Positions 20,786-29,867 of a DNA stretch of 64,000 nt are shown here, in pieces; the stretch's first letter is position 1, and every line of letters starts with the position of its first letter. The position numbers and the translations under genes are program-made. The DNA is taken from contig JAYZEM010000001.1 in the NCBI GenBank assembly GCA_036337275.1, positions 14,634 to 78,633 of the forward strand, written 5' to 3'. Source of the stretch: Bacteroidota bacterium (GTDB lineage: Bacteria; Bacteroidota; Bacteroidia; Flavobacteriales; BACL11). Under the pieces are notes generated by a model. It was not told where the DNA came from and did no database searches. It was given only the letters and a program-made list of their open reading frames with translations.

Positions 20786-21430
20786 CTAAAAATCATATGA
20801 TAATTTCCCTTCAAAGATAAACAAAGTTTCAGGAATATTGGCGTAAAATTCTTGTTGAATTCTATAGGCTATCTCAGCATCTAAATCTTTTGTGAGTGGG
20901 CGAGCAAGCGCAATTGTATATCTTATTTTTTCAACAAGCATACTTTCTAAATACAAAAAATATTCCAAGGCAATTGAGGGTTCTAATTTTGTTCTTTTGA
21001 TGTTATAAGCAAATGCCGATTTATGCCTTAAAGCGGAAAAATATTCTTGAACATTCCCTTGAGTTTGATATCTTGCTCGCATTGAAACCAAAAATCTTTT
21101 TTTGTATTTATCTTTATAATAAATATCAGCATAAAATCTACTTTTCTGACTAAAATCTAACTGTTTATCCCAATCATTTGAAAAACGATAACCGACTGCA
21201 TAAAAGAAATGTTTATTATGTTTTCTTTTAATCTTTAAATCAGTAAAAAGTTTTGACTTTAAAGAAGAATTTTCTCTGAATCGAATACCTTGTTTGAAAA
21301 ATATGTCGGTCTTTTTAATTAACTTCTTGCTTGCAGAAATAGATGCCCATGTTTGAAAATCATTTTCTTGAGCAATTACTGCAACTGGAAGAAAAAGAAG
21401 TAAAAAACACCTATTTAGAATCGTCCTCAT
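20786..21430 (-). CDS. DUF2490-like outer-membrane-type protein
   Basis: Start set at MRTILNRCFLLLFLPVAVIAQ (signal peptide; ORF-track start is 21457). Alternating beta-strand-like sequence rich in Y/F/R and a C-terminal ...GKLSYDF. Family call is from memory of the usual VTC/DUF4956 neighbourhood. Confidence 0.6.
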   Translation of the reverse strand: MRTILNRCFLLLFLPVAVIAQENDFQTWASISASKKLIKKTDIFFKQGIRFRENSSLKSKLFTDLKIKRKHNKHFFYAVGYRFSNDWDKQLDFSQKSRFYADIYYKDKYKKRFLVSMRARYQTQGNVQEYFSALRHKSAFAYNIKRTKLEPSIALEYFLYLESMLVEKIRYTIALARPLTKDLDAEIAYRIQQEFYANIPETLFIFEGKLSYDF

Positions 21431-22052
21431 AATAGAAAATACGGATGTTTGCGACATCTCTTAAAAAATCAATTCTTCTAATCTCAAAACGAATGATATC
21501 TATTCCTGTTCTATCTTTTAAGTCGGCTAATAATGCTGCCTCATTTTCTGGCTTAATGAGTTCAATTTTTTCATAAATAATATTCTTTCGCGATTCATGC
21601 TTTAAAAGCCAAAGTCGTTCCAATCCAAAAGTAATAAAAACAATCAGGAGGTTTGCAAAAACCAATTCAGCATAAGAAATCTTTTTGTTGGCCAATGCAT
21701 TTACAACTGATATACCAATTACCATAAAAAGATAGGTCATTTCTTTAATAGGAATTGGGTCGGTTCTGTAGCGAATAATGCCGAAAATAGCAAAAAGCCC
21801 TAATGCAAATCCTAATTGTAATTTTACATTATCAAGCAGGAAACAAAGCAGGAAAACAGTCAAACTTATAAGTAAATAAGTAAAAAGATAATCTTTATTT
21901 TTGGTTACTGGATAATAAATATAACGGACGATTAAAAGAACAACCCCTAGATTAAATAATCCTTTAATAATAAGTTTAAAGAAATCTTGTGCGTCCCAAA
22001 CAGGAGAGCCTAAGAATTCTAGGCTATCTAGTAATATGATTAATAAATCCAT
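21411..22052 (-). CDS. DUF4956-like inner-membrane protein
   Basis: 213 aa. About five hydrophobic helices, then a soluble tail (KIELIKPENEAALLADLKDRTGIDIIRFEIRRIDF). The ATG shares one base with the upstream stop (TAATG). Confidence 0.7.
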   Translation of the reverse strand: MDLLIILLDSLEFLGSPVWDAQDFFKLIIKGLFNLGVVLLIVRYIYYPVTKNKDYLFTYLLISLTVFLLCFLLDNVKLQLGFALGLFAIFGIIRYRTDPIPIKEMTYLFMVIGISVVNALANKKISYAELVFANLLIVFITFGLERLWLLKHESRKNIIYEKIELIKPENEAALLADLKDRTGIDIIRFEIRRIDFLRDVANIRIFYYEDDSK

Positions 22053-22798
22053 TATGCTTGTTTTAATTTATTTATAAAAAGTTGTTTTTTCTTAAATCGG
22101 TTTTGTTTAATATTTGGATGTAATTGCATTGTTGAAATGCAATATTTACTCAAACGTATGGGCAAGATACTCATTTCTTTTGCAATACGTATGAAATCAG
22201 AGGAACGACTCATTCTTTCTTGTTTCACCTCTGCAATTACAATCTGCTTTAAATCCCCTTTCTTTACATCATTCTTAAAACTCAAATCTACATCAATAGT
22301 TAATCTTTCTTTTTGTTTCTTATGTACAAAAGTAATGCGACTAAAACTAATCCATTGCTTTGCGCTTACTTCCAATTTTCTACCTATTATTTCCTCAATA
22401 AAAGATTTTTGTTCTACTGAAAGTTTATTACTTATCTTAGGAACCTTTACTCTTTTTTTGATTGTTTTTCCCTTATTGTTTTTGAGTTTTACTTCTAGAA
22501 ATATAAGCCTGCTATCTACATATTCTCTGAATCTAATTTTGTTTCTATTTACACGAGAATTATGATGATCGATATAAAACTTTCTATCGTTTGTATCAAA
22601 ATAAAGAGAATGATAATTCTGAATTCTTTCTTTATTTATCTCCAATACCTTATAAAACGGTTGCATTCTATTAAGTAAAAGCTCTAATTGATTAAGTCGA
22701 AAGGCAAATTTTGTGTCTGTTCGGCTCATCAGTTTCACTCCGTCCATCTCTTTTAATGTAATTGGAGAGAAATCGGAAATAGCGCTTGAAAGATTCAT
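22052..22798 (-). CDS. VTC domain (polyphosphate polymerase-type triphosphate tunnel) protein
   Basis: 248 aa with no signal peptide. Charged beta-strand motifs SRTDTKFAF, YHSLYFDT, KIRFREY, FLEVKLK and IAEVKQE, as in VTC/CYTH tunnel enzymes. Confidence 0.8.
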   Translation of the reverse strand: MNLSSAISDFSPITLKEMDGVKLMSRTDTKFAFRLNQLELLLNRMQPFYKVLEINKERIQNYHSLYFDTNDRKFYIDHHNSRVNRNKIRFREYVDSRLIFLEVKLKNNKGKTIKKRVKVPKISNKLSVEQKSFIEEIIGRKLEVSAKQWISFSRITFVHKKQKERLTIDVDLSFKNDVKKGDLKQIVIAEVKQERMSRSSDFIRIAKEMSILPIRLSKYCISTMQLHPNIKQNRFKKKQLFINKLKQA

Positions 22799-23209
22799 CT
22801 ATTGATTTTTTTCGATTACAAAATCCTCAACCTTATAGGTAGTATTATTAGATGTGATTTCAATATGACGAAAAACAGCATAATCATAAGTTGTATTTAC
22901 ATCCGAACTATCGGCATAAGTGTAAATAGTATACTTTCCTTTCCGCAAGAATTCAAATCGATATCTGCCATTAAAATCTGTTTCAAAATTATCATCATAA
23001 ACAGTTCCTTCATCATCTGAATAGATAATAAATACATCCTCGCCTGCATCTAACTGGTAATAAAGAGTATCTTTTTGCCCTTGAGGAGTTTGAAAGGTGT
23101 AAATTTTATATACTTTACCCTCAATTACTGAGGTTCCTCCTTCTCCAGCCTCTTTCTTACATGCTGATAATGCTATGCCAATTAGTAATATGTAGATTAA
23201 TTTTCTCAT
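22799..23209 (-). CDS. small lipoprotein, beta-sandwich-like (function unknown)
   Basis: 136 aa. Lipobox IALSAC, then beta-rich sequence (IEGKVYKIY...GRYRFEFLRKGKYTIY). Zero-nt gap to the VTC gene and 1-nt gap to the CotH gene. Confidence 0.6.
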   Translation of the reverse strand: MRKLIYILLIGIALSACKKEAGEGGTSVIEGKVYKIYTFQTPQGQKDTLYYQLDAGEDVFIIYSDDEGTVYDDNFETDFNGRYRFEFLRKGKYTIYTYADSSDVNTTYDYAVFRHIEITSNNTTYKVEDFVIEKNQ

Positions 23210-23210
23210 T

Positions 23211-25415
23211 TTATTGTTTTATAATTCTTTCTACTTGCTGATTTGATTTCACAAAATACACCCCAGTTTCCCAAGAAGATATATCTATTGAGAAAGTATT
23301 TGCTACTGTTGTATTAAACACTTCTTGACCAATTAAATTATAAATACATAGTTCACTTTTAGCACCTAAAATATAAATACGAGTATTACTAGGGTTTGGA
23401 TAAACACGAAAATTAGATTGGTGTTCTATATTGTTGATCGATGTAAAAGGCTGATTGTGACCATCGTATGTTTCTGATTGATGAACGAAAATCCCCGTGC
23501 CATTTGGTACTCTTGCATACGCTACATCATTAGGCATATTTACAAAATGAACAGCATCAACCACTAGCCCATTAGGAGTTGTTAAGTACACTTCCTCCTG
23601 ATCAGCAGAAAGTCGATAAGTAGTATGCAGTCCTGCTTGTGAATTTCCAGCAGTATCACACCATATAATCAGATAATCATTAGGAGCAATACTTATATTT
23701 GGAAAAGACCATTTTGTCAAGTCGTTCTCCGAATCTGAGAGATAATAACCATTTAAATTCACAGAAAAATTATTTCCATTGTAAAGTTCTACCCAGTCAT
23801 CATATTCACCACTCTGATCAGAAATCGCTGAAATATTCGAAGCCATTATCTCATTAATTGCCAACTGATTCACCACTGGTAATTGATGAAACTCCTTTTC
23901 TGCCCTTTCAGGAGAAAATATACCTGCATCATTATTCTCGGCATAAATATAGTATTGTACATCTCTAGCGTCTACATCTATTGCTGCACTATAATTTCCT
24001 CCTCCATTATCTAGCATTGCTATTTTCTTAAATTCGTCGTGAAATTTGAAACGATATCCTAAGAATGCACTTGTAGCATTTGCAATTTGAGCAGAAATCG
24101 TAACACTAGAATGTGGAGTTGGGTTTGTAGGATTAGAAATAATAGCTGAAATTGTTGGCGGAATAGACGTAAATTCAACAAGTGATTGTAAATAGGAAAC
24201 TCTTGCATTCATTAATTCTGAAATACCAACTATCATATTTTGAGAGCCTGTAGAGATAGAGGAATTGATATTTGCTAAAAAATCAGAATGCGAATAAAAT
24301 CCGTTTAGATCGGCTGTTACTGAAGAATCAATCATTGCTTGCAATTGATTTGCTCTAGTTATATAATTCCCGCTTACAAATTGTTCATTTAAAATTGTTC
24401 CCATATGCGCTACATACATCCTTTTATACTGATCAGATGAAAACATTTGAGTAGTCATTTTATTTAAACTGTTTGAGCTTCCATGAAATATATCTAATTC
24501 CTGCAAATCTTGAGTAGTAACGGGTTGAGGCAATCCATTCTTGAAAGTCCCAAAAGCACCATTCAAATCCCAAATTATAGGAGAAAAATTCCCATTATTA
24601 TCTTTAAATAAATAGAAATTGTGCGGAATACCATTTACAGGACCATCAAGAGCAACAGTCAAATTTGAAAAAGCCATAAGCCAAAGCGTTCTGTCTTCAT
24701 CTAACACCTCTTCTATGTTAGAAAATACATTATTAACAGTGTCTAAAAATTCACCCAAATCTGTCCAATCATTAGATGATTGTATCTCGTAAGCTTTTTG
24801 CAAACAATTGGTGTCAGTAAAATACTGCCAAACCCCATTAAAACCAGAGGGACAATTAGGAACTTGCACGCCTGTATTTTCTACTTTAAAGAAAGGTCCT
24901 CTTCTTTCATAAAAATGTTCATTTGTAAAGTCATCATCAACTGATTGCACACAAGTATAAAGCCCATGGAAATTACCATTAACAAATACATTTGCGTAGG
25001 TAGCCTTTGAGGCAGGCATATATTCTCGAGCTATCTCGTAAGCTAGAACCTCTCTTACGAATGAAGGATCTCTAAAACCATTTGAAAGTTTTAAGACATT
25101 ATACCCATCAATAGACTGGCCATTATGTACATAATCTAGCCTAATATTAAGGGGATTCTTAGTGTTATTAGCATTGTAAGAACTATTGCCTTTATACTTA
25201 ACCCCAACATCTTGATCTGCTTCTCCATCTATAACCACAGAATCAGCGATTAAACGCTCTCCTAAATCGTTTGTATAATATAAGTCCAGCGTATCATCCC
25301 AATTAGGCTCTGAAAAAAAGATCTCTATTTTTCGAATTCCTATATCAAAAACATCCTGCGAAAAGGATGTAATGGTAATTGTAAATAAGAATAAAATTAA
25401 GAGAGACTTCTTCAT
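23211..25415 (-). CDS. CotH kinase-family protein with lamin-tail-like domain and T9SS type A C-terminal domain
   Basis: 734 aa. Signal peptide. CotH-type core (VGVKYKGNSS...PLNIRLDY...LKLSNGFRDPSFVREVLAYEIAR...ANVFVNGNFHGLY). LAINEIMASN...YDDWVELYN (LTD-like). C-terminal FRVYPNPSN...GVYFVKSNQQVERIIKQ. Confidence 0.85.
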   Translation of the reverse strand: MKKSLLILFLFTITITSFSQDVFDIGIRKIEIFFSEPNWDDTLDLYYTNDLGERLIADSVVIDGEADQDVGVKYKGNSSYNANNTKNPLNIRLDYVHNGQSIDGYNVLKLSNGFRDPSFVREVLAYEIAREYMPASKATYANVFVNGNFHGLYTCVQSVDDDFTNEHFYERRGPFFKVENTGVQVPNCPSGFNGVWQYFTDTNCLQKAYEIQSSNDWTDLGEFLDTVNNVFSNIEEVLDEDRTLWLMAFSNLTVALDGPVNGIPHNFYLFKDNNGNFSPIIWDLNGAFGTFKNGLPQPVTTQDLQELDIFHGSSNSLNKMTTQMFSSDQYKRMYVAHMGTILNEQFVSGNYITRANQLQAMIDSSVTADLNGFYSHSDFLANINSSISTGSQNMIVGISELMNARVSYLQSLVEFTSIPPTISAIISNPTNPTPHSSVTISAQIANATSAFLGYRFKFHDEFKKIAMLDNGGGNYSAAIDVDARDVQYYIYAENNDAGIFSPERAEKEFHQLPVVNQLAINEIMASNISAISDQSGEYDDWVELYNGNNFSVNLNGYYLSDSENDLTKWSFPNISIAPNDYLIIWCDTAGNSQAGLHTTYRLSADQEEVYLTTPNGLVVDAVHFVNMPNDVAYARVPNGTGIFVHQSETYDGHNQPFTSINNIEHQSNFRVYPNPSNTRIYILGAKSELCIYNLIGQEVFNTTVANTFSIDISSWETGVYFVKSNQQVERIIKQ

Positions 25416-25429
25416 TTTTTAATTTTTTA

Positions 25430-25437
25430 CAAAAATA
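25430..25437 (-). promoter_or_regulatory. -7 promoter box TATTTTTG upstream of the CotH/VTC operon
   Basis: Exact TAnnTTTG, 14 nt upstream of ATG 25415. A TTG lies 18 nt further upstream (possible -33 element). Confidence 0.45.
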
Positions 25438-25476
25438 CAAATATTTTTTTCTAGTCAATAAAAACTGATTTTATTC

Positions 25477-26259
25477 TTATGTACTCAAGGAATCCTGCTT
25501 TGCTAATTGCCAATATCTCTCCATTTCCTCCAATTTCATAGCAGATAAATCTTTTCCTTCCTTTCTCAGTTTGCTTTCCATAATTTTGAATCTATTTATA
25601 AAACGTTTGTTACATTTTTCTAATGCATCATCAGGATTAACATTTATAAATCGAGCGTAGTTGATAAGTGCAAACAGTAAATCTCCAAATTCTGATTCTA
25701 TCTGGTCGGCATTCTTTTTTACTACCTCATCATGAAGTTCATTCAACTCTTCATTAACTTTTTCTAAAACTTGTGATTTGTTGTCCCAATCAAAACCAAC
25801 TCCTCTTACTTTTTCTTGAATTCTGAATGCTTTTATCATTGCTGGAAGGGAATTTGGCACCCCCTCTAAAACAGATTCTTTACCTTCTTTGAGTTTTAGT
25901 TTTTCCCAATTCCTTTTCACCTCTACTTCATCTTTAACCTCCACATCACCATAAATATGAGGATGCCTATGCACTAATTTATCACAAACTGTATTGATGA
26001 CATCTGAAATGTCAAAAGAACTGCTTTCTGAAGCTATACGTGCATAAAAAATTATATGTAAAAGCAAATCACCCAATTCTTTTTTGATTTCATCATTTTT
26101 TTTCTCTACAATTGCATCTGAAAGCTCATACATTTCTTCAATACTTAAATAGCGTAAACTTTCCATAGTTTGCTTTTTGTCCCAAGGACACTTTTCCCGT
26201 AATTCATCCATAATTTTTAATAAACGAACAAAGGATTCTTTTGCTGTTTTTTTTTGCAT
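25477..26259 (-). CDS. mazG: nucleoside triphosphate pyrophosphohydrolase MazG
   Basis: 260 aa with two MazG repeats. Motifs CPWDKKQT, EEMYEL..AI, ELGDLLL and HPHIYG. Confidence 0.9.
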   Translation of the reverse strand: MQKKTAKESFVRLLKIMDELREKCPWDKKQTMESLRYLSIEEMYELSDAIVEKKNDEIKKELGDLLLHIIFYARIASESSSFDISDVINTVCDKLVHRHPHIYGDVEVKDEVEVKRNWEKLKLKEGKESVLEGVPNSLPAMIKAFRIQEKVRGVGFDWDNKSQVLEKVNEELNELHDEVVKKNADQIESEFGDLLFALINYARFINVNPDDALEKCNKRFINRFKIMESKLRKEGKDLSAMKLEEMERYWQLAKQDSLST

Positions 26260-26360
26260 TTTCTTTTAATTTGATGGCTGTAAATTTAACATTTTACAAA
26301 TAAGAAAATTGAACGCATAAGTTTTAATTTATGCTTTATTGGAAACTTTATTTTTTGTAT

Positions 26361-26368
26361 TATATTTG
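26361..26368 (+). promoter_or_regulatory. -7 promoter box TATATTTG upstream of the Omp28-related gene
   Basis: Exact TAnnTTTG, 29 nt upstream of ATG 26398. Confidence 0.4.
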
Positions 26369-26397
26369 TAAAAAATTAATTATTAAAAATATCAATT

Positions 26398-28440
26398 ATG
26401 AAAAAACTAACTACCCTAATTACTGCTCTATTTTTCGTAAGCAATCTATTAGCACAGAATTTTGTAAGCACTAGTCCAGAAAATAAGAATGTAGTATTAG
26501 AAGAATTTACAGGTATACACTGTGTATATTGTCCTGACGGACATCTAAAAGCGCAACAGTTATCTGATGCAAATCCTGGAGATGTTGTGTTAATCAATAT
26601 TCATACTGGTTCTTATGCAAGCCCTAACCCAGGAGAACCGGACTTTAGATCTGATCCAGAGGGGGCTGGGATTGCAAATCAATCTGGTGTTGCTGGTTAT
26701 CCTGCTGGAACAGTTAATAGACATCTATTTCCAGGTTTAGGACAGAGCGGAGCAAATGTAACAGCAATGAGTAGAGGAGATTGGGCTGGTGCAGCTGGTC
26801 AAATTTTCGCACAACCTTCTTGTGTAAATGTTGCAGCTGAAGCAACATTAGATGTTAGTACAAGACTGTTAACAGTTAATGTAGAGGCTTATTATACAGC
26901 TAACAGTACAAATCCTACCAATAAATTAAATGTTGTGTTATTACAAAATAATGTTGAAGGCCCTCAAACAGGAGGATCTAGTTATAATCCTACAGCTATT
27001 TTACCAAATGGGAATTACAACCATCAGCATATGTTTAGACACCTTCTAACAGGTCAATGGGGAGATGACATTACATCAACTACAACTGGTGCTCTTTTCC
27101 AACAAACATATAATTACATCATCCCTACTGATCTAAATGGTGTTGCATACGACTTGTTTAATCTAGAGGTGGCTGTTTTTGTTGCAGAAGGACAACAAGA
27201 AATATTAAGTGGTAATATGGCAAATATGACATATGTAGTCCCTCCTGGAATTAACTTAATCGACTTAAGTGCAACTACAAATATGAGTATGCCAGCATCA
27301 TTATGTGATAATAATATTACACCTGAAATTACAGTAATAAACCAGAGCGGAATAAGTGTAGATACATTTGAAGTAAGTTATACCCTCAATACTGGAAATC
27401 CTGTAACACAAGCTATTTATACTTCATTAGCGCCTTCAGCAAGTACAACGATTACATTTCCTATGATCACTGTTCCATCTGGCGAGAATACAATATCATA
27501 CAGTGCTGCAACTATCGGAGGAACTTCATTCATAGATAATGTGCCTAATAATAATTTAGCAAGTTCTGGGAGCTTTAATACTATTTCTCCAACAGCTTTC
27601 GCGACATCGCATAGTGAAGGTTTTGAAGGATACGGTAATACTACTCCAGCACCAAATAATGCTTTGCTTTTAAACCCTCAAGGCTATAGAGTATTTATTA
27701 TTGATCAAACATGGCCTGGGCCAAATTCTGGAGGATATGGTATGAGTAACAATTCTTTTAGGTGGCAGTTCGTCCAAATGAGTGGTGGTAATTATGCAGA
27801 CCTGGTCTTTGCAAAACTTGATTTCTCTAACTCAAATAGACATGGAATGTCATATTCGTATGCACATGCTCAAAATAATGGATTTGACAATAATAGATTG
27901 CAGATTCTAGTCTCAACAGACTGTGGAGTTACTTGGAGCCTTGAGTCTGAACTTTCAGGATCTAACCTAGCAACTACAGCTCCAGTAGGTGTAAGCTCAA
28001 ACTTTTACCCAACTGCTAATGCCTGGGAAACAGACACTGTAGACCTAAGCGCTTATGATGGTAATGCTGAAGTCATGATTGCATTTAGAGGTATTTGCGC
28101 AGGAGGTAATAACTTGTATATTGATGATATAGAGATAAATGGAGGAATGATTATATCAAGTTTATCAAACCCATCTACAGAAGATATAAACGTAAATCTT
28201 TATCCAAACCCTACTAACAAAATAGCTACTTTTGAATTAAACATTGAGAAAAATATGCCGTTAGAAATTAGTGTAGTTAATATACTAGGTGAAAAGGTAA
28301 AAGAAATTAAGAGTGATGATTTTACAAAAGGAATACACAATATTACTTTTGACACTTCTAATTTAAAGAGCGGAACATATTTTGTGAAATATGAGTTTAA
28401 CAATGAAGTAAAAAATGTGAGATTTGTAGTTAGCCGATAA
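26398..28440 (+). CDS. Omp28-related thioredoxin-like surface protein with T9SS type A C-terminal domain
   Basis: 680 aa. Signal peptide. EEFTGIHCVYCPDGH (CxxC in a thioredoxin-like context, as in Omp28-related proteins). C-terminal LYPNPTNKIATFEL...GTYFVKYEF...VRFVVSR. Confidence 0.7.
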   Translation: MKKLTTLITALFFVSNLLAQNFVSTSPENKNVVLEEFTGIHCVYCPDGHLKAQQLSDANPGDVVLINIHTGSYASPNPGEPDFRSDPEGAGIANQSGVAGYPAGTVNRHLFPGLGQSGANVTAMSRGDWAGAAGQIFAQPSCVNVAAEATLDVSTRLLTVNVEAYYTANSTNPTNKLNVVLLQNNVEGPQTGGSSYNPTAILPNGNYNHQHMFRHLLTGQWGDDITSTTTGALFQQTYNYIIPTDLNGVAYDLFNLEVAVFVAEGQQEILSGNMANMTYVVPPGINLIDLSATTNMSMPASLCDNNITPEITVINQSGISVDTFEVSYTLNTGNPVTQAIYTSLAPSASTTITFPMITVPSGENTISYSAATIGGTSFIDNVPNNNLASSGSFNTISPTAFATSHSEGFEGYGNTTPAPNNALLLNPQGYRVFIIDQTWPGPNSGGYGMSNNSFRWQFVQMSGGNYADLVFAKLDFSNSNRHGMSYSYAHAQNNGFDNNRLQILVSTDCGVTWSLESELSGSNLATTAPVGVSSNFYPTANAWETDTVDLSAYDGNAEVMIAFRGICAGGNNLYIDDIEINGGMIISSLSNPSTEDINVNLYPNPTNKIATFELNIEKNMPLEISVVNILGEKVKEIKSDDFTKGIHNITFDTSNLKSGTYFVKYEFNNEVKNVRFVVSR

Positions 28441-28461
28441 TTAGCAAAAATTAAATAACAT

Positions 28462-28489
28462 AAAAGGGCTACTTTGTAGCCCTTTTTTA
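28462..28489 (+). terminator. rho-independent terminator after the Omp28-related gene
   Basis: GGGCTAC-ttt-GTAGCCC (28466-28482) followed by TTTTTT. Lies 25 nt after the stop at 28440. Confidence 0.8.
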
Positions 28490-28504
28490 TCTATTCTTGT
28501 TCTT

Positions 28505-28699
28505 ATGAAAATATTCTTGATAACATTAAGTATGATTGCAGTTGCTTTTGCTGGAATTGCAATTAAAATATTATTGAAGAATAATGGAGAGTTCTCTGGG
28601 ACTTGTGCAAGTCATAATCCTCTAATAAATAAAGATGGAGAAGCATGCGGATTATGTGGAGCTTTACCAGAAGAAAATTGTAAAAATAATGAGAATTAA
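28505..28699 (+). CDS. small single-TM Cys-rich protein, possibly NqrM-like maturation factor
   Basis: 64 aa. One TM helix (ITLSMIAVAFAGIAIKILL), then GTCx13CxxCx7C. Lies next to apbE, as nqrM does in Vibrio. The family call is tentative. Confidence 0.5.
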   Translation: MKIFLITLSMIAVAFAGIAIKILLKNNGEFSGTCASHNPLINKDGEACGLCGALPEENCKNNEN

Positions 28700-29697
28700 T
28701 TTACGATCCGTTTTTGCATACCAGGACTGATAAAAGTCTTCCACTCTCCATTCTTATCGGTATAAACCAAATAAATATCTAATTCATCTGCCAGTTTATT
28801 ATACAACTGCTTTGTCTGTTTTACACCCATCGCCAAAAAAGCTGTAGCATAAGCATCTGCCAGTGCGCATTTCTCAGTTTTTACAGTTACGCTTAGCAAT
28901 CTATTTTGAGCAGGAAAACCACTTTTTGGATTAATCGTGTGAGCATACTTTACACCATCTTTAACATAAAATTTTCGATAGTCTCCTGAACTTGCCATAG
29001 CTTTATTTTCTAAATCTAAAATAAACTGAAAACGCTGATTTACATCAATCTCTTCAACTGGCTTGTCCACTCCTACTCGCCAAACCTTAGCGTCTGCATT
29101 TATACCTTTCGCTTTGATCTCTCCTCCTACTTCCACTAAATAGTTTTCTACTCCATTTTGTTCAAGTAATGTAGATATCAAATCAACAGTATAACCTTGT
29201 GCAATAGCATTAAAATCCAATTGCACACCTTTTGGTAATACTATACTACTATCAGTTAATCTTGTATTGTGCATACCAACATTTTGCATTATCTTTAAAA
29301 CAACTGAAGAATCAATTGCATCTACCTTTTGATAATGATCTTGATAAAATCCCCAGTATTTTACAAGCGGAAAAACTGTGCAATCAAAATATCCATTACT
29401 TATTTGATTTACTTGCATTGCTTGAGTATATACCTTATTAAAAATAGCATCTGTATTTATATTTTCACCATTATTTAAGCGTGAAATGATAGAAACTGGC
29501 ATATAGATAGAAACAGAACTGTCTATCTCAGCGAATAAGCTATCAATCTTAAAATGAAAATCTTCAGCATTTTCTGATAGATATTTAATGTGATAAAAAG
29601 TTCCTTGAACTTCTCCAGAATTGCTAACCAATACTTTATTATCAGTGGAAGCGCAAGAAAGAAAGATAAGTAGAAATAAGTAAAAAATGTTTCTCAT
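28696..29697 (-). CDS. apbE: FAD:protein FMN transferase (ApbE family lipoprotein)
   Basis: 333 aa. Lipobox-like LSCAS. ApbE motifs FNAIAQGYTVD, SSGDYRKF, HTINPKSG and ALADAYATA. Confidence 0.9.
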   Translation of the reverse strand: MRNIFYLFLLIFLSCASTDNKVLVSNSGEVQGTFYHIKYLSENAEDFHFKIDSLFAEIDSSVSIYMPVSIISRLNNGENINTDAIFNKVYTQAMQVNQISNGYFDCTVFPLVKYWGFYQDHYQKVDAIDSSVVLKIMQNVGMHNTRLTDSSIVLPKGVQLDFNAIAQGYTVDLISTLLEQNGVENYLVEVGGEIKAKGINADAKVWRVGVDKPVEEIDVNQRFQFILDLENKAMASSGDYRKFYVKDGVKYAHTINPKSGFPAQNRLLSVTVKTEKCALADAYATAFLAMGVKQTKQLYNKLADELDIYLVYTDKNGEWKTFISPGMQKRIVN

Positions 29698-29702
29698 GAA
29701 GG

Positions 29703-29710
29703 CAAAGATA
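29703..29710 (-). promoter_or_regulatory. -7 promoter box TATCTTTG upstream of apbE
   Basis: Exact TAnnTTTG, 5 nt upstream of ATG 29697. Lies inside one copy of a 13-nt direct repeat. Confidence 0.4.
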
Positions 29711-29789
29711 GAGATAGTTACTAGAAATAAAATCCTAACAACTAAAAACTAATAAACAGAATTTAGTTTATCTTTGAAAGATAGAGATA
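29704..29789. repeat. 13-nt direct repeat pair AAAGATAGAGATA in the apbE/CXXCH-gene divergent intergenic region
   Basis: Identical 13-mers at 29704-29716 and 29777-29789. The second copy is part of a 15-nt palindrome TATCTTTGAAAGATA (29769-29783). Confidence 0.9.
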
Positions 29790-29843
29790 AAAGCAACTAC
29801 AATAGCGGAATACTATAAAAAATGATATTCTCATAATTTTATT

Positions 29844-29851
29844 TAAATTTG
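29844..29851 (+). promoter_or_regulatory. -7 promoter box TAAATTTG upstream of the CXXCH protein gene
   Basis: Exact TAnnTTTG, 16 nt upstream of ATG 29868. Confidence 0.45.
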
Positions 29852-29867
29852 CTAAAAAACAAAGATT

